From the human T2T-CHM13v2.0 reference genome, Homo sapiens, in assembly GCF_009914755.1 (NCBI RefSeq), contig NC_060936.1: a stretch of 64,000 nucleotides of DNA; one strand, written 5' to 3'. Both the position numbers and the translations under genes were made by a program. How positions within the stretch are numbered: position 1 is the stretch's first letter; each line of letters begins with the position of its first letter. Shown here one piece after another: positions 15,969 through 25,729 of this stretch. The notes under the pieces are model-generated. The model was not told where the DNA came from. It made no database searches and was given only the letters and a program-made list of their open reading frames with translations.

Positions 15969-16432
15969 ATTGACTTTGGAAAATCTGAGATCTCCCACCC
16001 CCTACTAAATAAGCACATGAAAGCCTGTGTCCAAACTACTATGTTGCTGTGATTTAAATTCCCTCTCCAGGAGCCCATGTGTCCATCTTTCTGGTTATTT
16101 AATTAAACTCTCCTCCTCCTCCAGGAAGCCTTCCTTGCTTAGCCTCTCTATTCCAGTCCCTTACTAGCATTGCTGCCTTAGGCTGCCCTTCCCTGATTTA
16201 CATGAGTGTGTATCTGTCTCTTCCAGCAGCCTGAGATTGCCTCCAGAGCAGCCTCATCTGAGTTGGCCTGCAGCTTCCCAGCAAGAGTCCTGCACGCTTG
16301 CTGGGGAGAAATGGAGGGTGGCACATCATCACTAGAGGGTGGAACATTTGGAAAGATTAACAGACTGACAGAAGCATACCTCTGACACCACTCAAGGACA
16401 ACTTAATGAATATACAGCAGAAATTCAGAGTC

Positions 16433-16438
16433 TTTAAT
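16433..16438 (-). terminator. Probable KRT74 polyadenylation signal (ATTAAA)
   Basis: ATTAAA about 1.13 kb after the stop codon; consistent with a recalled mRNA length near 2.8 kb. Confidence 0.55.
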
Positions 16439-17564
16439 TCAAACAAAAGAGGAAATAGATGCTGCCATTCTTAGGAATATTTACACCCTGAGCCACGACA
16501 TCTGGACTAGGCAGTACCACTCAGCGACAGAAAAGCCAGCTCCACTCACTGAGCTCAGCTCATGGCACCAAAAATTGAGAGTCAGAAGCTATGTAGGACA
16601 CAGCCCCAGAGAGACTGTGGAAGACAAATCACATACCCACAGTCCTGACAAAAGGCAATGTAATTACGCTGCCCTCATCAAAAAGAATGGTGACTTTGAC
16701 AGCCCTTTTGTTAAAAAGGCAGTGACACACCACAGAAAAAGCATAGATCCTTGTGTCGGCCAGGCCTGACTCTGGCACATAGGTGGGTGACTGGGGCCAG
16801 TTCAGCAGCCTCTTGGGATCAGGCTCCCAGTCTGTTCCAAGGATGCTCATTGCATCTTCTTTGCAGGAATGGATGAGAATAGGAGGCAATGTGTGTAGGG
16901 TGTCTGGCATCTAGTAGGTGCTTGACAAATGATGGTAGCTATTGCTGATAATGAAGGAGGTGGGTGGGTGACACAGGCTGGCAGAGAATCCCCAATACAC
17001 CTTCACTTGGCTTTGTGGAGATGGGTGCAGCTGGTGGTCTACAGATGTACACGTGGTGTCCTAAATATTGGCGTCATCCTGCAAAGTTGTTTCTGATGGA
17101 GCAAGTAAAGGCTGTCTAACTTCTCACCACCTGCTTACAGGTCTCGTGTCACCCCACCATGCTGGCAGGGGATGTAAAACCTCTCAGACAGTAGCTAACT
17201 TGGCCTAAGCACAGAACAAACCAGCCCCTCCCCTGTCGTCTCCTGCTCCTTCCCTCTTTCTAGGGATGATCACAGCTTCCTTAGGGCCAAGAAGGTTATA
17301 ATGGCTTGTGCCTCCAAAGCCTCCTGCCAGCCAAAGGCAGCGAGGAAAATGAGAAGTCGTTAGTCCACATGGGACCTAAGGAAACAGGGAAGGTGACTGT
17401 GTCAATCAGAGCTTGAAAGTAAAAGCTAAACCACGATGCAGACAGTTGAGTGTACTACAGACAGTTTTAAAACTCAGGGCCTGGGAACTTGGGTGTGGCA
17501 GACACCTTTGGGGGTGGCAAAGTCACCTCTTCTTCCAAGTGCTGAGGTGGGTGAGGCCATGGGT

Positions 17565-17764
17565 CTAGCGGGTGGCTTTCCTTGCTGGGATGCTGGCTGG
17601 GGTGCTCTTGCCCTGGGTGTCCTTGAGGTCTCCCCCTCGCGCCTCTGTGGTCTTGGTCTGCCCGCTCTGGGTGCTGCCAGAGCTGCCTGCCACAGCGCTG
17701 GCCCCAAGGTCAACACCCGCAGAGCTGGGGTGGTGGTAGCTGTAGCTGCTACTGCTGATGACAG
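17565..17764 (-). CDS. KRT74: KRT74 exon 9 coding part (tail, TAG stop)
   Basis: CAG|CTGTCATCAGC; [14 protein letters not shown]...KATR*. Confidence 0.93.
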
Positions 17765-20700
17765 CTGAGGAGGAGGGGCCAAGAGCAGGGGAGAGGAGCA
17801 GTGTCAATCAGCAGATAACAGCTATGGTAACGGCTGTCCCCAAGGGCTTCTCCACAACAACACCTCATTTAATCCGCAGAACCACCCTCAGTAGTCAAGA
17901 AGCACTACAGAGATGAACTGAGAGCCTATTACGGGCCGGACTTCGTGTGAGGTGAAGACCCCATAGGATAGATACAGTCCCTGCCCTCCTGGAAATGCTA
18001 GGAAAATCCATGTCCACCAACCCTTTCTCCAAATGACAACGTCCCAGGGGAGAAACAGGAAGGGAAAAGGGTGGGCATGACCTCAGTCACCATTTCACAG
18101 GATGAAAAGGGAGAACATTTCCTTTGAAGCCCAGAAACCTTCCCAAGACAGTAACAGAAGCTTCTTGGGAGGTGAGACAGTAAATGGAGGTGACATCACT
18201 TTGTCCCAGGGTCCCTGGCTTTCCCAACCCAAGGCATCTCTCAAGAATACTCACAGATGCTCACAGAGGATGGATTCTCACCAGACATCCTGTGAGACAG
18301 AAAGTTAGAGAAAGATAAAAACTCAGTGTCGAGATTCCACTAAACATCAATGGGCTCCTGCTTTTATACGTGCATCATTTAAACTCATCCTTATAACAAC
18401 TTACGAAACTGACACTATCGCCTTCATCTTACAGATGAGAAAACAAGAGTCCTGGAGATACTAGATGATTTACCGAGACCACACCACTAGCATAGGATAA
18501 AGCCAATAATTAGCCCCTGCTGAAGAGCCAGTCATTAGCCCCAGGTCTGTCTGAGCCCCCGGTTCTCATCACAGCAGCACACGGCCATCTACGCTTCATG
18601 GCTCATGTCCAACAACCCCTTGCAGGAAGCTGCCTCTGAGTTCACGAAATCACCACATCTCTTGCTTGTATTGGCACTAACCATGTTGTTCTCCAGGTGG
18701 CCCCTCAGCCAGACAGGAGCCACACCCCAGTCCCTTCTCACACTTTCCCCTCCACCCCACCTACCTGCACTCCTCGCCCTCCAGCAGCTTGCGGTAGGTG
18801 GCAATCTCCATGTCCAGGGCCAGTTTCAGGCTCATGAGCTCCTGGTACTCGCGCAGCATCCGCGCCAGCTCCTCCTTGGCCTGGTGCAGGGCGCCCTCCA
18901 GCTCATCCAGCTTGGCCTGGGCATCCTTCAGGGCATTGTCTCCCCGCTGCTCAGCGTCAGCGATGGCCGTCTCCAGGCTGGCACGCTGAAGGGCAAAGAA
19001 CAGAGAGACCATCAGAACAGAAAATTACATTTAGCTCATACCAGTTAAGTAGAACAATGCCCTCATTTTGCAGATGGGGCCCTAGGTGACAAGGAGTAAA
19101 AGCTGCAAAGCCAACACCAGAACTTTGTCTCTTCTATTTTCTATTGCAGAGGAGTATTCAAAGCTGTTATCACATGAAGCTGTGGAAGCAGTTGCATTTC
19201 AGGAGGTCAGGAAGAAATGTCGATGTTTGCAAAGTTAGATAGTGCCTGAGACCGGAGGCCACCAGTATCTACAGATTCAAAATACTACAGGTTCAGGAAA
19301 ATCATGCCCGATCCCCTAGCAAGGCCAGCCCTGAGGATGAGACAGTATGCCACGGTCCCACTGTGATCAGATTCCTGCTGCAGGACCTCTCCCCATTGGG
19401 GATCCTTCTGATCTGTTAGCATCCAGATGAGTGTTTCTGGACTCCAGCACTCTGGGGAGAGTCTGTGTGAAGGCTCCCACATCTGGCCTTCCCTTAGAGC
19501 AGGAGGATAAGGCCCTAAATTATAGGCACAACCTCAGAAGCTGGACTCTGATGAACATCTGGGGGGCATTGCGATGCCTGTTGCTAACAGAGAGGGAGGA
19601 ACTATGCTCATGGAATTTGTGAATCGGCCAAATGTAGAGTCGTAGAGTTGTCCCTGTGTTTGCCTGCAGAGCATGGAGGGTTGTGGGGGCACCAGAAGGA
19701 GAACAGGCTCAGATCTTTCCGCTGGGCAATTCTATCACTAGCAGAGCAGACCTGGTTCTCAGAGAGGTCACAGGAAGGATCCTCCAGCCTCCAATATCAT
19801 CTCCCCACTGACGCAGTGTTTAAAATTTGCTGCTGTCAGGTAAGACAGGCCCCCCACCCCCACCCCCCGGCCCACTAACATGGAAGTAGTACCATGGCAC
19901 AGGGCAAGGGAACCCAGGAGGGCTTCATCGACAGCTGTGTCCCTCAGTCAACAGACCATGCCCCACTCCGAGAGCAGGAACCTGGTGTGGCCAACAGAGG
20001 CGCCTGATGCATACCCTCTGCACCCCACACATGTTCCATGTCCAGTGGGAGGAGGAGACAGAGGGTCTGCCCTCAGAGGGGGCACCCAAAGGGGACATGG
20101 GGCAGGTTCATTGGACACAGAAAAAATCTGCAGAAGGGGAACCTGGGTTCTAATCCTAGCTCCATTCATTACCAGCTGGGGGCTCTGGGAAAGTCCCTTC
20201 CCCTTCCCAGCCCAGTTGCTTTATCTGCAAAATGAGGAGTCAGAGAAATAGGTTTGAGGCTCCTCCCAGTTCTGGGCGGGGTACCAGCTCTGATGGTAGG
20301 GTACCGAGGCAGGGTGGGAAAGGGAGACTGTGGGTGGCCGAGGGACCCCTAAGCCCAGCAGGGGATATTTGCTTGTTCCCAAAGGGCAGGCCCCATTTCC
20401 TCATCCCAGAGCCTGCTGTGGAGACCGGGAGTTCTTTGTGGGGCTGCTGCCCACCTGCTTCTTCACATTCCCGATCTCACACCGGATCCTCTGGATGAGC
20501 CGGTTCAGCTCCACCATCTCGCTCCTGGTGTGTTTCAGGTCGTCACCATGCCGACTGGCTGCCAGCTGCAGCTCCTGGATCTGGTTTCCCAGAGATAGGA
20601 AGTTGGTGATGAGACAAGGGCACTGGGGAAGGGTCCTGTAAATAAGCCACCCCTGCCACCCTGGCTGTCGGTGGGATTTAACGGAACTGAAGAGGAGTGC

Positions 20701-23700
20701 TGGGACAGGGTCCTGGGGGCCCAGGTAAGGGGTTTTCTCCCTGACAGCCCCAAAGCATAGTTCCATTACTCAGTTTACCCAAAGCATAGTTCCATTACTC
20801 AGAGCACTCCTCGCCTTCCATTTCCTTTTGAAAGTCTTCCCGTGGGGATCAGGAAAGAGCTACAGGCTTCTCCTTCTCTCACTCGCCCCCCACCAAATTC
20901 ACCCATGGCTACACTCCCGCAAGTCTGTGATTCTCCCTCTGCCCTGTGGCAACATGCCCCCATTCCTATAAGTGTGTTTGTTTTACCACCTCACTTCTTT
21001 CACATGCAACAGAGAGGAACAGGCAGTTCGTGGATGGAGGAAAGAAGTGAGGGATCCTCTCTGTTGCATATATTCAATCCATACCAGTTTCATGATTTAT
21101 CTTTGATAACAAGCTCTGCTAAGAATTCCTTTTTTCCTTGAAGCCTTGGTTGGAACCTTTCTTTCATTCAGCATGCCCACAAAAGTATTCCTCACATTCA
21201 CTGTGCAGGTGACCCCTCCCAGGAAGCGAGGGGCTGCTGTGGGAGGAGACCCATTCGGTGACCACCTTGGTCTGGTACAGGGCCTCGGCCTCGGCCTTGC
21301 TCTTCAGGGCGATCTCCTCATAATGCATGCGGACCTCAGCGATGATGCTGTCAAGGTCCAGGTCCCGGTTGTTGTCCATGGACAGGATGACAGAGGTCTC
21401 ACTGGCGTGAGTCTGGATCTGAGCGATCTCCTGCATTGAGAGAGGAAGACAGATTCAGCAACCCCCTGGCTTCCCTCTTCTGCCCCATCAGTCTTCTGGG
21501 CCCATGGTCCCTGGCCCAATAGGCTGCTAGAATCCACGGGGACAAAGTAGGGGGAAGAAGTGCCCTCTGGGATGTGTCTGCAGAGCTGAGGGAGAGCAGC
21601 TAACAGCAGCAGGAACCCCTGCATATGGCAGATGCCCGCTGGCACATGCAGACGGGTGAATAATGCATTTTCCACAATTTCACAGAATCCAAGGCTCTGT
21701 GCTTTGTAAGACCTCACTGGGTTATCTTTTCCTGCCTGTGGGCAAGGCCACTATTGTATCAAGATCAATTTCCTCCTGTATGTATGGCCTCCAAGGACCA
21801 GCATCCTGCACTTCCATGGTCTCCTGGTGCAGGGTTTTGTACCTTTCTACCAAAACATCTTTCATTTTGTTGATCCTAAATCTCTCCTTTTGGTATCTCC
21901 CTGGAAGAGTCGGGAAGGAGGCAGGGTGAGGGTGGGGGGACAGGAGTGTCCTTACTGCATCATACAGACACTTGAGGAACTTGATGTCTTTGTCCAGTGA
22001 GTCCACTTTGGCCTGAAGCTCCACCTTGACTGCGTAGGCTGCATCTGCATCCTGCCAAGAGGCCCCAGAGTCATTGGGGGATGCAACCCTCATCCCACAG
22101 CTGCCCTGCCCAACTCCTGCCTCAAAGCCACCTGATTTTCTATTTTCTACCCACAAAGGAAAGCTCACTCAATATCAATTTCTTCTCAGGCTGCCTGAAG
22201 CTTTGGGAATAGGGAAAGGAGGATGGGGCAGCTCTGTTATGCCTGGAGAAAACAAAGCCCAGAGAGGTAGTAGGTTTCCTCAGGTCACACAGCAAGGTTG
22301 AGCTGGACCCGAGTTTCACAGTTCCCAGACCAGAATTCTGTCTGTCTCTGTCCATTTCCTGAGTGTGTGTCTTTCCTCTCCAACTCACTGGAGGCCAGGA
22401 CTATGACTCCACCCTCACCAGGCACCAGCCCCCTCACCAGGCACCAGCCCCCTCCCCAGCCTCCTGGGCTGAAGTCCTGAGCAGAGTTGTTAAGATGGGG
22501 GTGCGAGAGACCCTAATAAGGAGGCTCCTCCCTCCCTTACCTTCTTAAGCACCACAAACTCATTCTCTGCTGTTGTGCGCCGGTTAATCTCCACCTCATA
22601 TCTGCCAGCAGGGAGAGTAGATGGCCTTAGCCCCCTTAGCCAAGGAACTTTCTCTTCCTGCTGGCCAGGCAAATGTTTGGGATACAGGGTCCCTGCAGGG
22701 TCTCTGGGGTGAGCAGTAAGAGGCTAGTGACAGGAGTAAGATATCCCTGAGTTGCTTCACTTGTCTCCTAGTTTTTGCATGTTAGGAAAACACCCAGGTG
22801 CCTATTGGGCTCCCGACACCAGCAACTGAACATTTCAGTGGGTCAAGGAGCACAGGAACTGCTTCCTATCAACTAGGCAGGAAGTTATCATCAAAGAGGA
22901 TAGGCCCTTCCCCCTAGCCAGAGAAAGGGATGTGAGCTCCTGACCCTGGAGCATACTCCCCATCTCCTAAAAAATAATGGCACAGAGATCAGGTGAGCCC
23001 AGAGGCACGGGAAACATGGTCTGTGACCCTCGGGTGGAGCCTGCTCACCTCTTCTTATAGTCCTCCACCAGATCCCTCATGCTTCTCAGCTCCGAGTCCA
23101 GCCTCACCCTGTCCCCAGACAGTGTCTCCAGCTGCTTCCGCAGGTTGCTGATGTAGCCCTCAAGGATGGGCTCCAGGTTCTTCTTGCAGTTGTTCAGGTC
23201 CTGCTGCTGCAGCAGCTCCCACTTGGTTTCTAGAACCTGCTTCTGCTGCTCTAGGAAGCGTACCTGGAACCCAAATCAACAGACACCTGGAACCACAATG
23301 GGTGCAGTCATGCCCCCTGGACACACACCATTGACTCCCCAGGTTTGCCATAGATTGTTGTAGTCATTTTTGCTCATGTCTTGACTCTCCACCCTTGCCA
23401 TTCCACACAAACTAGATCCTTTACAAGTGCTCATTTCCTAGCCTTCTGGACAAGGCATCACTGAGAACTCACTCAAGGAGTTTCCACAGCTTTCTTCTAT
23501 TGCTCGGCCCTGGTCCCAGGAGATGTCCTTCCTTATGTCTCAACTAAGTGTCTCTTCCTGTACCATGAGCCCTTCCCTCTGAACACTGCTGGATTCTATT
23601 AGCCTTTCATGTTCTTGGAAGATCCAGCTGTCCTCAAGAAACTCATCACTTTTTTGTCAAGGAAGGGCTGCTCTTTACCCAGCTTCCCATCCTTCCCTGC

Positions 23701-24373
23701 AAAATCGCCAAAGAAGCCGATATATTCATGTATTCCTTTGTCCTCCGTGGCTCACAGACCTACTCTCCTTCCCTAATGGTGAGGAAGCCCTTCCTGAGGC
23801 CCAGCTGCACCTTTCCAGCCACAGTGTGCAGTCCATTCCCAGGCAGCAGGAAAACTGCTCAGGCCTCAGGGTGCGGCCTCATCCTCCTCCTATGAGACCC
23901 ACCTTGTCAATGAAGGAGGCGAACTTGTCGTTCAGCACCTTGATCTGTTCCCGCTCCTGGGCGCGCACCTTCTGGATCTCAGGGTCCAGCTCCACGTTGA
24001 GGGGGGCCAAGAGGCTCTTGTTGACAGTGACCTGGTGGATGCCCCCAGGTGGGCACACAGACAAACATGCAGGCCCCAGGGCCACACTGCCAAACATACT
24101 GCCAGCAAAGCCACTGGCCCGGCCCCCTCCATACCCAGAGCCAGGCCTGAAGCCGTAACCTCCAGCCCGAACGCCGCCACCAGCCACATTGAAAGAAATA
24201 CGCCGATTCCCTCCAAGGCTATAGAGGCTCCGACTGCCAAAGCCAGCGCCAGCCCCTCTGCCAGCTGCACAGTAAGAAGCCAGGCTACCCACAGCCTTCC
24301 TTGGCACCACTGCCGAATGCACACTGAAGTTGCCCTTGTCACCACTGGACTTGATGTTCAGTTGCCGACTCAT
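17565..24373 (-). CDS. KRT74: Keratin 74, complete, 529 aa: join(23903..24373,23049..23263,22541..22601,21956..22051,21266..21430,20455..20580,18765..18985,18255..18289,17565..17764)
   Basis: Head [20 protein letters not shown]; exons sum to 1590 nt in frame; ends ARKATR*; all introns GT-AG. Confidence 0.97.
18255..18289 (-). CDS. KRT74: KRT74 exon 8 (35 nt)
   Basis: CAG|GATGTCTGGTGAG ([11 protein letters not shown])|GTGAGT. Confidence 0.93.
18765..18985 (-). CDS. KRT74: KRT74 exon 7 (221 nt)
   Basis: Helix termination motif [15 protein letters not shown]. Confidence 0.96.
20455..20580 (-). CDS. KRT74: KRT74 exon 6 (126 nt)
   Basis: [16 protein letters not shown]...NVKKQ. Confidence 0.95.
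20749..20802. repeat. Perfect 25-bp direct repeat (period 29) in KRT74 intron 5
   Basis: CCCAAAGCATAGTTCCATTACTCAG x2 separated by TTTA. Confidence 0.9.
21266..21430 (-). CDS. KRT74: KRT74 exon 5 (165 nt)
   Basis: EIAQIQ...[18 protein letters not shown]...LYQTK. Confidence 0.95.
21956..22051 (-). CDS. KRT74: KRT74 exon 4 (96 nt)
   Basis: [32 protein letters not shown]|GTAAG. Confidence 0.95.
22411..22453. repeat. Short tandem duplication in KRT74 intron 3
   Basis: CCCTCACCAGGCACCAGCCC x2. Confidence 0.8.
22541..22601 (-). CDS. KRT74: KRT74 exon 3 (61 nt)
   Basis: [20 protein letters not shown]|GTAAG. Confidence 0.95.
23049..23263 (-). CDS. KRT74: KRT74 exon 2 (215 nt)
   Basis: [35 protein letters not shown]; AG/GT flanks. 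Confidence 0.95.
23903..24373 (-). CDS. KRT74: KRT74 exon 1 coding part (157 codons)
   Basis: ACCATG start; ends [11 protein letters not shown]|GTGGG. Confidence 0.96.
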
Positions 24374-24462
24374 GGTGGGAAAGGTTGAGTTGACAGAGCT
24401 GGAGAAAAGCAGTCTCCAAGGGGTAGAGAACACACTGATGGGGCACCCAGAGTGCTGCCTCC

Positions 24463-24469
24463 TTTTATC
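24463..24469 (-). promoter_or_regulatory. KRT74 TATA-position element (GATAAAA variant)
   Basis: Same spacing from the ATG (about 90 nt) as the KRT71 TATAAA. Confidence 0.55.
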
Positions 24470-24640
24470 CCTGTTGAGCCCAGGACACCGGAAAAGGGCG
24501 TCTCTCCACTATCTCCTTTCCCCTGCTGATGGGCCAGGGGCCATGGGCAATTTGTAGAACAGAGATCTCCAAGCCCTTTGCAGCAACAAAGCTCTTCTGA
24601 TAGCAAGTGGAATATGCTGCCCTTGCAGAGTGGAGTGGTC

Positions 24641-24690
24641 TAATTTGGAGTTTATCTGTGCTCCCTAATTAGGGACCTGAAGAGTTATCC
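24641..24690. promoter_or_regulatory. KRT74 upstream TAATT + GATA module
   Basis: TAATTTGGAGTTTATCT...TAATTA...GTTATC. Confidence 0.5.
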
Positions 24691-25430
24691 CCTGAAGAGA
24701 TCTCCTAGCTTTATTTTTCCAGTGCTACCTCCTTCTTGCTTAACCATCAGCAAGGAGCAGGGGAAATGCCTGGCTTTCCCCAGAGTAGACTCACCTGAAA
24801 AACCCCAGGTTTCTTCCCAAAAGAAACCATCTCTCTATTATAGGGTCTTGTGTGGAAGCTGGAATTTTTACCTCAGGGAAAAGAAGACATGGAAAGATGA
24901 TTCTTCTTGGAAAGATGTCCTCAAAGATCTGGATCTGGGTAAGAAGCTCCAGGGTCCGTCCTTGGGCCATGCTAAGGACCACAGCTGTCTAGCAGTGAAG
25001 TGGACCCCAGGAAGGAAGAGGAATGACTCTGCAGCATCTGCATGCCCCCCTAGCAGGGATATTGTCTAGGGCCTTCTGTGTTGGGCAGGGCCTGGGTGGT
25101 GGTGACCTTGACATTGCCTTACAACCATGAGAACCTTTCCAGTCAGCTGCATTTCCTCCAGTTGGATTTTCTCTCCTGGATAAGATTATCTGTCCTACTC
25201 TAGGAAGTCAGGCAGGAGCTGGGATATTAGCCCCTGCACTCCCTGGGGAAACACCCTATGGCTGAAGTCACCAAGGAAAAGGACCCCCTGAGTTTCACTC
25301 CCAGGTTCAGGGTGGGCTGTTCTGCCAGTTTCCTGGCAACTTCAGGGAGCACTCAATTTTCAAACAGGAAGTATCACTGCTTTATAGCTCAGGTAGTGTG
25401 GGTACAGTGCAATGTTAAAAAATTATTTCA

Positions 25431-25729
25431 GGGCTGGGCATGGTGGCTCACACCTGTAATCCCAGCACTTTGGGAGGCCAAGGAGGGCAGATTGCCTGAG
25501 GTCAGGAGTTTGAGTCCAGCCTGGCTAACATGGTGAAACCCCGCCTCTACTAAAAATATAAAAATCAGCCGAGCGCAGTGGTGCATGCCTGTAGTCGCAG
25601 CTACTCAAAAGACTGAAGTAGAAGAATCACTTGAACCTGGGAGGCAGAGGTTGCAGTGAGCCTAGATTGTGCCACTGCACTCCAGCCTGGGCAACAGAGC
25701 AAGACTCTGTCTCCAAAAAACAAAAAAAA
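25431..25729 (+). mobile_element. Alu (AluS-like)
   Basis: Full dimer; TSD AAAAAATTATTTCA. Confidence 0.95.

Noticed and set aside
18605-19048. Plus-strand ORFs repeated at 18.6-19.0, 38.1-38.5 and 61.2-61.6 kb ([19 protein letters not shown])
   Set aside because: Antisense shadows of keratin exon 7; their similarity comes from the sense-strand paralogy.
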